Of a stretch of DNA of 64,000 nt, positions 1-12,800 are shown in pieces. How positions within the stretch are numbered: the stretch's first letter is position 1; every line of letters begins with the position of its first letter. The notes below the pieces were generated by a model, which saw only the letters and a program-made list of their open reading frames with translations, made no database searches and was not told the DNA's origin. The DNA is from Lepidodermella squamata. Taxonomy: Eukaryota > Animalia > Gastrotricha. The stretch lies in NCBI GenBank assembly GCA_047495785.1, contig JBLDXI010000011.1, positions 1,426,001-1,490,000 of the forward strand, in the 5' to 3' direction. Both the position numbers and the translations under genes were made by a program.

Positions 1-48
1 AGTTGGGACCTTGAATTTCAAGTTTTTGCTGAATTTTATTGCTTTAAG

Positions 49-651
49 GTCCACCTGGTGCGATGGGGCCGCCGGGTCAAAATGGCCAACAGGGTCAAAC
101 AGGTCAAACAGGTGCGTGATAATATTCGACCTAATTATCACCCCACCGATTTGATTTTTTTCAGGGCCGATCGGACCACCTGGACAGAACGGACAGCCAG
201 GCAACACAGGTAAAAAAATCCAGTTTAAATTCTGAAATAAATTAAGATTTTTTCCTATTTTACAGGGCCATCTGGACCTTCGGGTAAGATTTATCCATGC
301 GTGACCTTTGACCTTATATGATTTTTTAAAGGACCTGCTGGGCCTCCTGGACCACCTGGTAAGTGCTAAAATTTAATTAGAAAATTTTGATCTTGAATTG
401 CAATCTCTCAAGGTCCACCGGGTCCTCCTGGGCCCCCTGCTAGGCGCCAGGGTGGTGGGGCGAACCTTCTGAAAACGCAGACAATGGCGCCCACAACGAC
501 ACCTACAACAACACGCCCGACTACAACAACAACGACCCGGCGCCGTGATCGCGGCACGCCGGCACCGAACAGCGCGCTCAAGCAGTTCGGCTCTGGATCA
601 AGCAATAATAATGGCAGCAGCAACAGCAATAAAATTAACAGCAAAAATTGA
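49..651 (+). CDS. 3' part of a small collagen-like gene (microexons; Thr-rich then Asn/Ser-rich C-terminal tail); 5' end lies outside the window
   Basis: Phase-1 GT-AG exons at about 49-111, 165-209, 265-282, 332-358 and 413-651 encode GPPGAMGPPGQNGQQGQTGQT...GPPGPPGPPARRQ...TTTPTTTRPTTTTTTRRRDR...NKINSKN*. TGA at 649-651; AATAAA at 701. Confidence 0.8.
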
Positions 652-992
652 ACCCGTGTGTGTGCTGTGTTCATTATAGCAATAACTGTGCCATTTTTTC
701 AATAAAATACTTGACCTGAAATTTTTCTCGGGAATTAAAAAATTGTTGGCCAACAGCCAAAACTATTTTTTCATTATTTTAATTTTAATTTTTATTGAAA
801 ACGAAATTTTTCAAAATTTTCGAAAAATTGGAGAATAAACTCTCAGCAGATTTATTGATAATTTTCGAAAAAAAATATATGTACTCTATCATATAATATC
901 ACGAAATAATTTAATGCATTTCGATGTCATTCAACGTTTTTTTCCGTAAAATAATTATTGATATACATAGACACTAGTTCATCATTCGATGT

Positions 993-3900
993 TTATCGGC
1001 GTAGCTTTTTTCGTTTCTTCTTATCTTCTAAGTCTTGATCGGGGTCGATAAGTTCTTCACTGCTGCTGCTGCGCCGGCGCGGGAAGCGGCCTCTCTCGAA
1101 TTCGCGGAACAAAGCGGCGACGTAGTCGCGAATTTGAACCAGGTTCAGCCTACCCGGCGCGCCAGGCGGGCCCTGATCGCCCTTTTTGCCCTTTTTGCCG
1201 CGTGAGCCTTAATAAAAAATATAAAAATCGATATTATATTTTCTAGAAAAATAATTTAAACCGCAAATAAAAATTTCAATTTTTAAAAATTATTTTGTTC
1301 AAATCGGAATAGACAAATTTAGATATAATACAAAAATGACTCACCTTTGGGTCCTGGCGGGCCGAAGAAAATTGCCAAGGAAAAACGAAAAATTAGGAAA
1401 TTGCGAAAAATGAAATTTTGAAATCATACCCGGCAAGCCGACTCCTTTAGTGCAGAAAAAAGAGACACCGTATTTAACGACTGGAACATTTTCAGCTTTT
1501 AAATTCTTTACCTCTATCACCTTTGGGACCTTTGGTTTAAAAAAATATATTTTACTTTCCATTTCAGGGTGAAATTTTTGAAAAAATTACCTGGCGCGCC
1601 AACACCTTTGAAAATTGAAAAAAATTTAATTAATAGTTTTAATTTCAATTTTTTCAATTTATTTTACCTCTATCGCCTTTTTCGCCCTTAGTGCCTGGGA
1701 GGAAATACAAACTTGTGAAAAGAGCTTTGAAACGAGGGGCGTAAATTTACCTGGACCTGTGCCGACTATTTAGAAAAAAATTGAAAATTGAACAATCAAT
1801 TTTAAAAAATTGATCCCTTCAGTTTTACTCACCTATTGGGGTACCTAAATAAAAATGGGAGAAACTCATAATAATTAAAATAGTTAAAATTAAAGTTTAC
1901 CTGGCTCTCCTTTCACTCCTATCGACAAGAATTGAAAAATATAATTTTATGACTAGGGGTTTTTGCAGAATCTCTTACCGTCCTTGCCTAAAATAAAAAA
2001 TAAGGGTGAAAATGTGGGAAATTTTTTTTTAAATTTCACCTACCTGCCTCTCCTTTCAGACCTGTAATCGCACGGTTGACGGATAATATCGAATTACAAA
2101 TGTTCATCAATATTTTCAAAACAGACCTCGCTCTCCCTTGGAACCTATAAAAGTCAGTTTTTTTTATTTTTTCTAAAATTCCCAAAAAATTATCAAAGTC
2201 AAACCTTGAATTGAAACTCCGGTGCCTGATCGGGAAAAATAATAAGATTCAGTACTGGAAATTTCGACTGGAAAGTTGAGCTCACCTGGAGTACCCGGCT
2301 CACCCTTAGGACCTGCAACGAGATTAAAAATAATTGAAGTGAAATGGTCTAATTTTCTATCAAACCAGCAGCTCCGACGCCTTGAGAGCCCTGCAAACCT
2401 GAAAAAGTTTCCAAGTTTATTTCAATTTTAGGACAAAATGAAAATTTATCGAACCTCGTTCGCCCTTCGAGCCGATAGGGCCTGTTATGCCGGGTGATCC
2501 GTCCTCTCCCTTGAAGCCTCTAGATCCTTGAGGACCGGGTGATCCCTGGGATCCATGGTCACCTTTAGATCCGGGTAAACCACGAGAGCCCTGAAAACCT
2601 CGTGAGCCTTGAGGACCCCTGCTACCCTGAGCACCATGGCTGCCAAGGCCGCCCCTGCTACCCTGAGGTCCATGAGCACCGGATTCTCCCTTGCTACCCG
2701 GAGCACCGTGATCACCCTTTTCACCCTTGCTACCTGGGGTACCAACTCCCGGAGCACCCTTAGAGCCTTGCGGGCCTTGGGGACCCTGTGAGCCCCTGCT
2801 GCCCTGAGCGCCCTGAGCACCGTGCTCACCCTTGCTACCTGGTAAGCCTTGGCTACCTGGGTTTCCGCGGCTACCATGAGGACCCGGAGTGCCAGCTTCA
2901 CCCTTGCTACCCGGAAGACCTTGAGAGCCTCGACTGCCTTGGAAACCTCGGCTACCCTGAGGGCCATTAGGTCCCTTTGAGCCTTGCGGACCCTGCAGTC
3001 CATCGTGACCCTTGCTGCCTTGAGCACCCATATCTCCCTTGGCACCCTTTTCACCAGAGTCACCGGTTTCACCTTAAAAAGAACGAAAGTAAAAAAAACC
3101 ATGATTACTCGGGATGAGACAACATTACCGTCGAATCCCTGAGGTCCTGGAGAATAAAAATATATATTATGAGCGCGTCAATTTAGTTATTATCAAACCT
3201 CGCGGGCCTACAGGACCCGGTCTTCCCATTTGGCCTTTGTTGCCCTTGTCGCCATTAACACCGGATTGACCTTTGCTGCCCTGGGCTCCTTGGATACCAG
3301 CAGCGCCCTTGCTTCCTTGAGCACCATTGGCGCCAGCTTGGCCCTTGCTACCCAAATCACCATGATCACCCTTTTCACCCTTGCTGCCTTGGATGCTTGC
3401 GCCAGCCTCACCCTTGGAACCTTGGGCGCCGTTGCTACCAGAGGCACCCTTGGAACCTTGGGGACCCGTTGCGCCATCGGTGCCGCTGCTGCCTTGGAGA
3501 CCCCGAGAGCCTTGGACTCCCTGAGAACCCTGAGTACCATGATCGCCCTTTTCACCCTTAGAGCCTTGCGTACCAACACCAGGGTCACCCTTCGAGCCTT
3601 GGGCGCCATTTACACCGGCATCACCTTTGGAACCATGGGGACCTACGCCACCCTCAGCGCCCTTGCTACCTTGTGGCCCAGTTGCGCCATCGCCTCCTCG
3701 ACTTCCCTGGATGCCATGATCGCCTTTTTCTCCCTTGCTGCCTTGGGTGCCCAAGCCCTGTTCACCCTTAGACCCTTGGGCTCCATTTACACCAGCATCA
3801 CCCTTCGAGCCATGTGGACCGGGCATTCCTTCGGCACCCTTACTGCCTTGTGGACCAGTTGCACCGGCTCCTCCAGCACTACCTTGAGCTCCCAGGTCAC

Positions 3901-6900
3901 CTTTCTCACCTTTGCTGCCTTGAGAGCCCTGTCCTGGATGACCTTTCGAGCCTTGAGGACCAGTTGCGCCGGGGTCACCCTTGGAACCCTGCTGACCTGG
4001 GGTTCCGTCTGTGCCTTTGCTGCCTTGGATGCCACGCGAGCCTTGGTCTCCCCGGCTTCCTTGGACACCCTGGTCTCCTTGTTGGCCCTTGGATCCCTGA
4101 GATCCGTCGCCCTTTTCACCCTTTGAGCCTTGGGTACCGTCAACACCGGCGTGACCTTTCGAGCCTTGTGGGCCTGCTCCGCCGTCGTTGCCCCGACTTC
4201 CTTGCGGACCTGTCGCGCCAGCGTCTCCTTTGCTGCCTTGAACACCGTGATCACCAGCTTGACCCTTGCTTCCCTGAGCACCTTGGCCGGGGTCGCCCTT
4301 GGAGCCTGGAGTACCATGGGTACCAGCCTCGCCTTTAGATCCTTGGGTGCCTTGGCTGCCGGCGTCACCCTTGCCGCCTTTCGAACCTTGCGGACCAGCT
4401 CCTCCGGGGGTTCCATCGAGTCCCTTTTCGCCATCGTGTCCCTTCGACCCTAAATAAAGAAATAATGTTAGATAGCTTCAGAAATTTAAAAAGTATCTAT
4501 ATAAACATGAATGAGGCTTGGCATTTGTTTCCAGGCACTGGTTTTCAAAAAGGGAAAGGACCCGGATCACTTGCCAATTCTCAAAGTTCAGAGTCAGAAC
4601 TAACCTTGAGGGCCAGCAGAACCCGTTAGACCTCTGCTTCCCTGTGGGCCGGTTAGACCAGGTTGACCCTTGCTGCCCTGGTTGCCATCGACGCCTGATG
4701 AACCCTTGCTGCCTTGGGGTCCTGCTCCGCCAGTTTCACCTTTGCTGCCCTGAGCGCCTTGATCGCCAGACTGTCCCTTGCTTCCTTGAGCGCCTTGACC
4801 AGGATCACCCTTTGAGCCTTGAGCACCATTCAACCCGGGATCACCCTTCGAACCTTGAGCACCAGGGTTTCCGTTGGTGCCGCTGCTGCCTTGGAGACCC
4901 CGGGAGCCTTGGACTCCCTGAGAACCCTGAGCACCATGGTCACCCTTTTCACCCTTAGAGCCTTGCGTACCAACACCAGCATCACCCTTTGATCCTTGGG
5001 CGCCATTTACACCGGCATCACCTTTGGAACCATGGGGACCTACGCCACCTTCAGCGCCCTTGCTTCCTTGAGGCCCAGTTGCTCCACCGTCTCCCTTGCT
5101 TCCCAGAGAACCTGAGTCACCCTGATGGCCCTTGCTACCCTGAGCGCCCTGTCCTGCATCACCCTTGGAACCTGGATGGCCGATGGGACCTTGATCACCC
5201 TTCGAACCCTGAGCACCATTGAAGCCGTCGGTACCCTTGCTGCCCTGAGGTCCAGTGGCTCCGGAATCTCCCTTGCTGCCTGGAGTGCCGTGATCACCCT
5301 GTTGTCCTTTGCTGCCTTGCAGGCCCTCGTCGCCCTGGTGGCCTTTGCTGCCTTGATCGCCGTGGTCACCCTTGTCACCTTTGCTGCCAGGGCTACCATT
5401 TTCACCTGGAAATATTTGAATAAATCATCAAATAGGCAATTGCAAAAATTATTGAACGAACCTGCAACGCCCTTTGACCCTGAAGTAAAAACAGTCATCA
5501 ATAAAAAACACGGAAATAATATGCAATACAATCAAACCTTGGGAGCCAGCAGGACCGGCAGTTCCCGATTGGCCTTTACTGCCTTGAGCGCCATCGCTAC
5601 CAGATTGACCTTTGCTGCCTTGGGCTCCCTGAAGACCCTCAGAACCTTTGCTTCCTTGAGCACCATTGTCACCAGCGTGGCCTTTGCTACCAGGAGCGCC
5701 CTGATCACCCCTTTCACCTTTGCTGCCTTGGATGCTTGCGCCAGCGTCACCTTTGGAACCTTGGGCGCCGTTGCTACCAGGGTCACCCTTGGAACCTTGA
5801 GGGCCAGGGGATCCGTTGGTACCGCTGCTGCCTTGAAGACCTCGTGAACCTTGGACTCCCTGGCTTCCCGGGGCACCATGATCGCCTTTCTCCCCCTTGC
5901 TGCCTTGGGTTCCAACTCCCGCTACACCCTTGGAGCCTTGCGCACCGTTTGAACCAGCATCGCCTTTTGAACCGTGAGGCCCAGGTGAACCTTCAGCACC
6001 TTTGCTGCCCTGAAGACCACGTGAGCCGTCAGTTCCGCGGCTTCCTTGGGCACCATGATCGCCCTTTTCACCTTTGCTGCCTTGGGTACCAACACCAGGA
6101 TCACCCTTGGAGCCTTGAGCACCGTTGCTGCCAGGATCACCTTTCGAGCCATGTAGACCAGGCAAGCCTTCAGCGCCCTTACTGCCTTGCGGACCTGTGG
6201 CGCCTGCAGCTCCAGCGCTACCTTGAGCTCCCAGATCACCCTTCCCACCTTTGCTGCCCTGTGCACCTTGGCCAAGATCTCCTTTCGAACCCGGAGCGCC
6301 GGTTGCGCCATGCTCACCCTTTGAGCCTTGAGTGCCTTGCAATCCATCGGAACCTTTGCTGCCTTGAGGCCCAGTTGCCCCAGTGCCTCCCTGGGATCCC
6401 TGGACACCCTGGCCTCCTTGCTGGCCTTTTGATCCCTGAGCGCCCTCTCCCTTTTCACCCTTTGAGCCTTGGGTACCGTCAACACCGGCGTGACCCTTCG
6501 AGCCTTGCGGACCTGCTCCGCCGTCATTACCACGGCTTCCCTGCGGACCGGTAGCACCAGCGTCTCCTTTGCTGCCATGGGCTCCTTGATCACCAGATTG
6601 ACCTTTGCTTCCCTGAGCACCTTGGCCAGGATCACCCTTTGAGCCTGGAGTACCATGGGTACCAGCTTCGCCTTTAGATCCTTGGATGCCTTGGCTGCCA
6701 GCGTCACCCTTGCCGCCTTTCGAACCTTGCGGGCCTGCACCTCCCGGTGTCCCATCAAGTCCTTTTTCACCATCGTGTCCTTTCGATCCTATTCAAAAGA
6801 AAAAAGGAAATCAAACACGTTTTTAATTTAAATAATAGCAGATCGAACCTTGAGGGCCAGCAGAACCCATTAAGCCTCTGCTTCCTTGGGGACCAGCTTG

Positions 6901-8014
6901 ACCATGATCACCCTTGCTGCCCTGGACTCCTTCAACGCCGGCAGCACCCTTGCTTCCTTGAGCTCCACTGTCTCCAGCGTGACCCTTGCTACCAATAGCA
7001 CCGAGATCGCCTTTATCGCCCTTGCTTCCTTGAGCACCTTGACCAGGATCACCCTTTGAGCCTGGGGCTCCGTGCAACCCAGGGTCACCCTTGGAACCTT
7101 GAGTGCCAGGGGATCCGTTGGTACCGCTGCTGCCTTGGAGGCCCCTTGAACCTTGAGCGCCCCGAGAACCCTGAGCACCATGGTCACCCTTTTCACCCTT
7201 AGAGCCTTGGGTACCAACACCAGGGTCACCTTTGGAGCCTTGAGCTCCGTTTGAACCAGAAGAACCCTTGGAACCATGGGGACCTACGCCACCCTCAGCG
7301 CCCTTGCTTCCTTGAGGTCCAGTTGCTCCAGTGTCTCCCTTGCCTCCGTTGGCACCTGCGTCACCCTGGTGACCCTTGCTGCCCTGAGCCCCCTGTCCTG
7401 CATCACCCTTGGACCCTGGATGGCCGATAGGACCTTGATCACCCTTCGAACCCTGAGCACCATTGAGCCCATTGCTGCCCTTGCTGCCTTGAGGTCCTGT
7501 GGTTCCGGAATCTCCCTTGCTACCCGGAGCACCTTGATCACCATGTTGTCCCTTGCTGCCTTGAACACCCTGGTCACCCTGGTGACCTTTGCTGCCTTGT
7601 GGGCCAGTAGAGCCATGATCGCCTTTGCTACCTACAGGTCCTACGTCGCCTATGTCAATAATTCAATAAATCAATAATTAGCATTCAGTTCGAGCTATTA
7701 AATTTTACCTTTAGAACCGTGTGGCCCTGTTCAATATAAAATCGGAATTAAATCACAATTAATTTGTAAAATACAAATCTAACCTTGAGAACCAATGGGA
7801 CCAGCTGCGCCTTTCGAACCTAGGAGACCCATCGCACCCTTCAATCCATCATCACCCTTTTCGCCCTTGGATCCTTGAACTGTTTGGCTGTCAGCTAGGC
7901 CGAAAACAGCCAGTAAAACTTTAATAGAAAAATTAAAATTAAAATTAAAATTAAAATAGCATGGAGATATATTTTTTTACCGATTGATAAGAGCAGAAAT
8001 GTGCTCTTAGGCAT
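993..8014 (-). CDS. Large secreted interrupted collagen-like protein (about 1,804 aa, 25 exons) with a repeated QGSKG motif
   Basis: ATG at 8014; signal peptide MPKSTFLLLSIVLLAVFGLADS. Exons: 7981-8014, 7784-7918, 7709-7726, 6849-7649, 5538-6788, 5462-5479, 4605-5405, 3199-4449, 3129-3146, 2455-3072, 14 microexons between 2398 and 1345, and 993-1207. They sum to 5,415 nt in frame and encode Gly-X-Y throughout. The short tail reads RLNLVQIRDYVAALFREFERGRFPRRRSSSSEE...KKKRKKLRR*. Confidence 0.9.
3199..7726 (-). repeat. Internal tandem duplication (about 2.3 kb unit) within the collagen gene
   Basis: The unit [18-nt microexon + 801-nt exon + 1,251-nt exon] occurs twice with identical exon lengths and visibly similar sequence (7726-5538 versus 5479-3199). 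Confidence 0.9.
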
Positions 8015-9811
8015 TGGAAATGTATTTCAAGGCTGTATTCAGTATAAATAATTTCTCTTTTAAAATAATAGCCCTATAAGCATTTGGTAGATGAGCGATT
8101 AAAAATCTAGTTTTTGAAAAGTTGTTTTGAAAAATGAAACCGTGATTAGATTCAACAATTTTTTTCCGCGCTCAGAAGCGTGCAAAAATCGCTATAAGGT
8201 TCGGCACGCGATTCGATAAGCGCGAGCAAAAGTAACACGGGAAAAATAACAAATAACCACTGTGTAAGTTGCGTTTTAGAAGTAAACAGCAATCACGAGG
8301 ACATCATGTGATTCATAGTAAAATTGTCCGATTTGCAAAAAAAATTTAGACCTGGCCAAACTAGCGAGCCTGGAAAATAACCAACTTTTCCCAAGGTAAA
8401 AAAATTGTAATTCAAGAAAAATCCGTCAAGTACAAATTTATCACCTGAGATTTGAATAAAAATTGAATAAATATTTAAAAAGCCAAAAATCTGAATTTCC
8501 AAGTTAATTGAAACCTCAAGTTTACTCAAATAAAATTCACGGACCAAATGATATAAACTTGGAAAAAAGTTCTGCTATCTGGATGTAATCATAAACAATT
8601 TCCTGGGAAAAATCCATACAAAACTAAAAAGTAGTATTTTTTCATGAAGGCGTGATGATCTGAGCTATTCCAGAGAATAAGACCTTATGTAACCTTGTAT
8701 AAGTAAAAAGCTGAACCTATTCAAAACTGGCTCTGCGGCGGCGCAAGTGCGCCGCAAGATCACAAGTAGTCGCGCGATTGCTGCGCCCGAAAATTCCCAC
8801 CGACATTTTCAAATTTATCAACAGTTTTTTGTCCTGAACCTGTGGGACAAAACACCTTGGTAGAGTTAATGGCTAGCCAAGAAAAACGAACGAGGTGATG
8901 TCAAACCGTGGAATAAAATATATCTATTTGGGTACTCGGTTTTCCGAGATACACTGGTGGAATTCAGAGGAAACGAATTTTGATGAAAATTGCGATATTT
9001 TTGGCTACAGGAAAATCGGGAACCGAAAAATCGCCGCGACCCATTTAATTGTTTGCCAATAAAATTTGAATCGCGCGATTGCTTCTCCAGAAAGGATAAC
9101 GCGCACGCGCTTCAGCGCTACTTGACCTGCTGTTACTAATCGATCAATAAAAAAAATGAAAACAAATCAAACTTCACCAATCAATTTTATTCTGAATTAA
9201 AAAAAAAATTTAATAATTTCAAATTTTTGCCACGTATTGTTTTATTATCCTGTCCAAGCGATCGATTTTCCTATATTTTTGCTGTCGACGGTTCTGCGCA
9301 AAAATGCTTGAATCTAGGTCTGGAACCTCAAGTTTAGCGGAGTAACCATTAGACCTCTATAACTTTCCAGTCTTTTCCGACGTGAATCTGATTTTTTTCT
9401 TATTTCATCCTCTTTTTTTCATTCTAATCTCTGTATTTTCCCAAGTGTTGAACGTTGAACGCTGGCTGACCTCTACGCTGCGGTTGTCTTCCTGGAACCA
9501 CAATTTTCGAAATTGTTTAATTGCGTCCAAGTCATTTTTCTAACACGAGAAAACACAACAGAAACAAATATCGCAGAAAATATCAATAAGTTTATTTTCA
9601 AGCTCACATAACTTGATGGATTAAAAATCGTCTCAAGGCTATTACAGCGAGGTAAGAAAAAATGACGCGCTTCAATTACAGTCATTCAGCAACAATAAAA
9701 TAGGCATAAACGGATTTTTGTTAAAATACTGGGACATATTATTCTCTGTAATAAATGTATAAAAAAATAGCTGAATAAAATATATTTCGAAGCTTTTTCA
9801 GAAATTCGCGC

Positions 9812-12800
9812 TCATTCTTCGGCTAGATACTGGCGCGTGGCGAGCAGGCGGCGGCGCGAGTCCAAGAACAGCATCGATTCGCCGTAAGAATCCGGCACAA
9901 TTCGCGGCAAGTGCGGCCGGTCGTCCGGCAGCGGAGTTCGGAACGTGAAATGGAAGACATTCGCCAGTTCGCGCCGCATCGGATCGTTGACATCTGTCAC
10001 CTCGGCCGTAACACGCGCTTGCAGCAAATCACCCTCAGTGTACCTAAAAAATGCAAAATATTTAATTAAATTTTCAGAAAATAAATTCACGAATAATTCA
10101 GATTTTTGTTTGAAATTAGAGTTTCGGCATAATATTATGAAAAAGTCAATTCAGACCAATTAGATTGAATTATAAAAAAATTGAATTTGAAATGAGAATT
10201 AAAAGGGAATTCTTTGAAATATTCACATGTGAAATAGAAAAATCCAGCTTAAAAAATGTCAATTTTTCTTAGAATCAGTGAATTTTAGCCGTTCTTCTAT
10301 AAATATTTTTTCAGATATTTCCTAAAAAATTCCACAAATTTTCAAAATATCTCAAAATTCAATTGGCCGCGTAATCGAAAATACTACGAATCGGAGGTTT
10401 TGGAAATTGCCAAAACTTTTGCCGAAACTAGGACCGTAAGAGGTGGATCCCAAGTCCCAAGGCCGCTTCGGCACTTGGCAAGCATTTTCACGTCGATAAA
10501 AATGACTTCTAACCAAAGCAAAAACAAACTTCGAAAACCCAAAAGATGATTCCAGACCTTTGGAACAACCTTTGGAACAACCTTTGGAACAAACAAGCTA
10601 ATCCTGTTCTGTTTCGCCAACACTGAAAAATGGGAAAAGTAGCTGATTTCCCAGTTTTAGCTCTTCGTTTCGTTCAAAATTCCCCGTTTCTTTCCGCAGA
10701 CTGATCGTGTTTCATTGCCTTGCACATCGCCTCGAGCTGAGCATTGCTGATACTATAAAAAGCTCACTCACAATACAAATATTTTCAGATTTTGTGGGAA
10801 AAAAATTATGCCTTCAAGTGTTCGATGTTCGTTGGGCGTATAGCTCATACACAGATACCAGATACCAGAGCTTTGTAATGCAAATGGCTGACCAGTTTAT
10901 CGTTGAGGTCGAGGTCGAACTGCCCGAGGGCGTCTTTTGGATGCCGGTCGTCGCTGACCCTGTCATCCCTGGTGTTTACTGGGTAATTGGCTACAATATC
11001 AGAGTGATAATTCCCGTGCTCGACCGAACCGAACCGGCCGAAGAAGCGTGAACGCAAAGCCACTCTATTAGCAGATTTGTTCTCTCACTGCTTGAATAAC
11101 AAGTTACTGCTGTACTGTTGGTTTTATAGAAGAACGTCTCAATTATTTCTGTGCTTATCTATGTTTATAATGGATATAAAGCAGTTGGTACTGGAGCAGG
11201 CCAAGCAGGCTGTAGGGCTGTCAGGATGCCGCTGCTTCCAGATTCGACGAATCCATTCGGCAAAATCGATAAAAGGTCTCCTATTTCGTTGGAAACTGTC
11301 GTCATGGATCGACTTCTTCACAAAGAATTGAGCAACTATCAGCTATTTAGTAAAGCAAACACCATTGAGCGTGATCCGCCAAACAATTCTTTGACGAATG
11401 TTGTTATTTAAGGGAAAGGAAATCTGTTATATCTATTGCTACTACTACGGCATTGAAGTGACTGCGGCAGAAAGACGTACTCAGCTGGGATGTGACGCCT
11501 ACATGTCATTCGGGCTGATGCGGATGGGGCAGCACACAGCTGTTGTCATTCGCAGGGGTGATAACCACAGTGGGTGTTTTTGGACGCCGGCCATCACCGG
11601 CATTTCTGAGTTATTGGAGAAAATATTCGCGTGATTTATCCCGAGACGATCTTCGATTCTTTGTTTTCCTATTAGCAAAAATTGCCACCCAATTTTTGTA
11701 ATTCTCTCTTTCTCTAATGATGGCAAGTCTTCGCATTTAGGCCCAACGCGAAGCGGCAAACTTCCATATCTAAATACTGTGTAACGAGCAGCACGCCAAT
11801 GCGTCTGGAGTGATTTCTGAACCACCACAAAGACATGTTTTGCGAAAAAAATTGATCAAGGGCTTCTTCGAAACCTTCGTTTATCGAATAAAAGCCCATA
11901 AATAAAAGTAAATTGATATTTTACTTCAACTCAACGACCTTTACTGTCAAAATTGTCCAGCATTTTCAAGCCTTATGGAACGTTTTTAGACCTCAAAATC
12001 GGAAAGCTTTGAAATTTCCAAATTTACCCGAAAGCTCCAAACAAGGAAATTTTAGATGAGGGAAATGATATTTCAAAAATTGGCTTCGAATATTACTTCA
12101 AACTAGTTCCAAGGCCGGAGCCAGGATGATTCCCAATGATATTGGGCCAATAACAGGCTGTTTCCGAATTATTGGGCAGTCTCAAAAATCTTTAAATCGT
12201 CCACCTTAAAACGTGATATAATATTTTTGAATATTTTTGGACGTTTGTAATATTTACGGCTAGTAATTTTTAACCAAATCAACCATTTCATTTCGACTCA
12301 CCCAATCGATTGATGTAAGTAGAGGAGAGAGCCGACTTCGACAGATTTGCGAAAGATGATATCGTCCACAGCAACACAGATAGGCCTTGTTCGCGAGAAC
12401 TTCCACGCCTCAGCCCATGCCATTTCGTAAGCTGTCCGCATCAGGAAACCACCAAAAATTTTGCCGTAGATGTTACGATTTTCTGGCTGACAAATTATCA
12501 GCCCCTTCATCGAAGTATCTCGCATCCACGCATCATCCGACGGCTTTGCTCGGTCCTAAAAAATTGGAAAAAATTTGATTAAGAAGAAAGAGCGAGAAAT
12601 TATAGGATCAAAAGCACACTTTTCCTTACTCAAAACTTTCAGGATTCCCTCTAGTTTCTAATAAGCTTCGCAAAGCAGCAGCCCTTACATTGGCGCCGAG
12701 ACCCGTAGTTCCATTTTTCGAAACCTTCAATTTAGAACAATATGCCTACATTTCGCTATATCGGGGCCGGGAACCAATGCGAGCAAAATATCCATGACGA

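Noticed and set aside
2485-7677. Long alternative-frame and antisense ORFs over the collagen gene
   Set aside because: These are by-products of the stop-poor Gly-X-Y codon repeat, and they end at the collagen exon borders.
10900-11900. Cluster of short ORFs inside the last ACOT9-A intron (similar ones at 15930-16654 and 20757-21422)
   Set aside because: They are fragmented and overlapping with no coherent gene model, and are most likely decayed transposon sequence.
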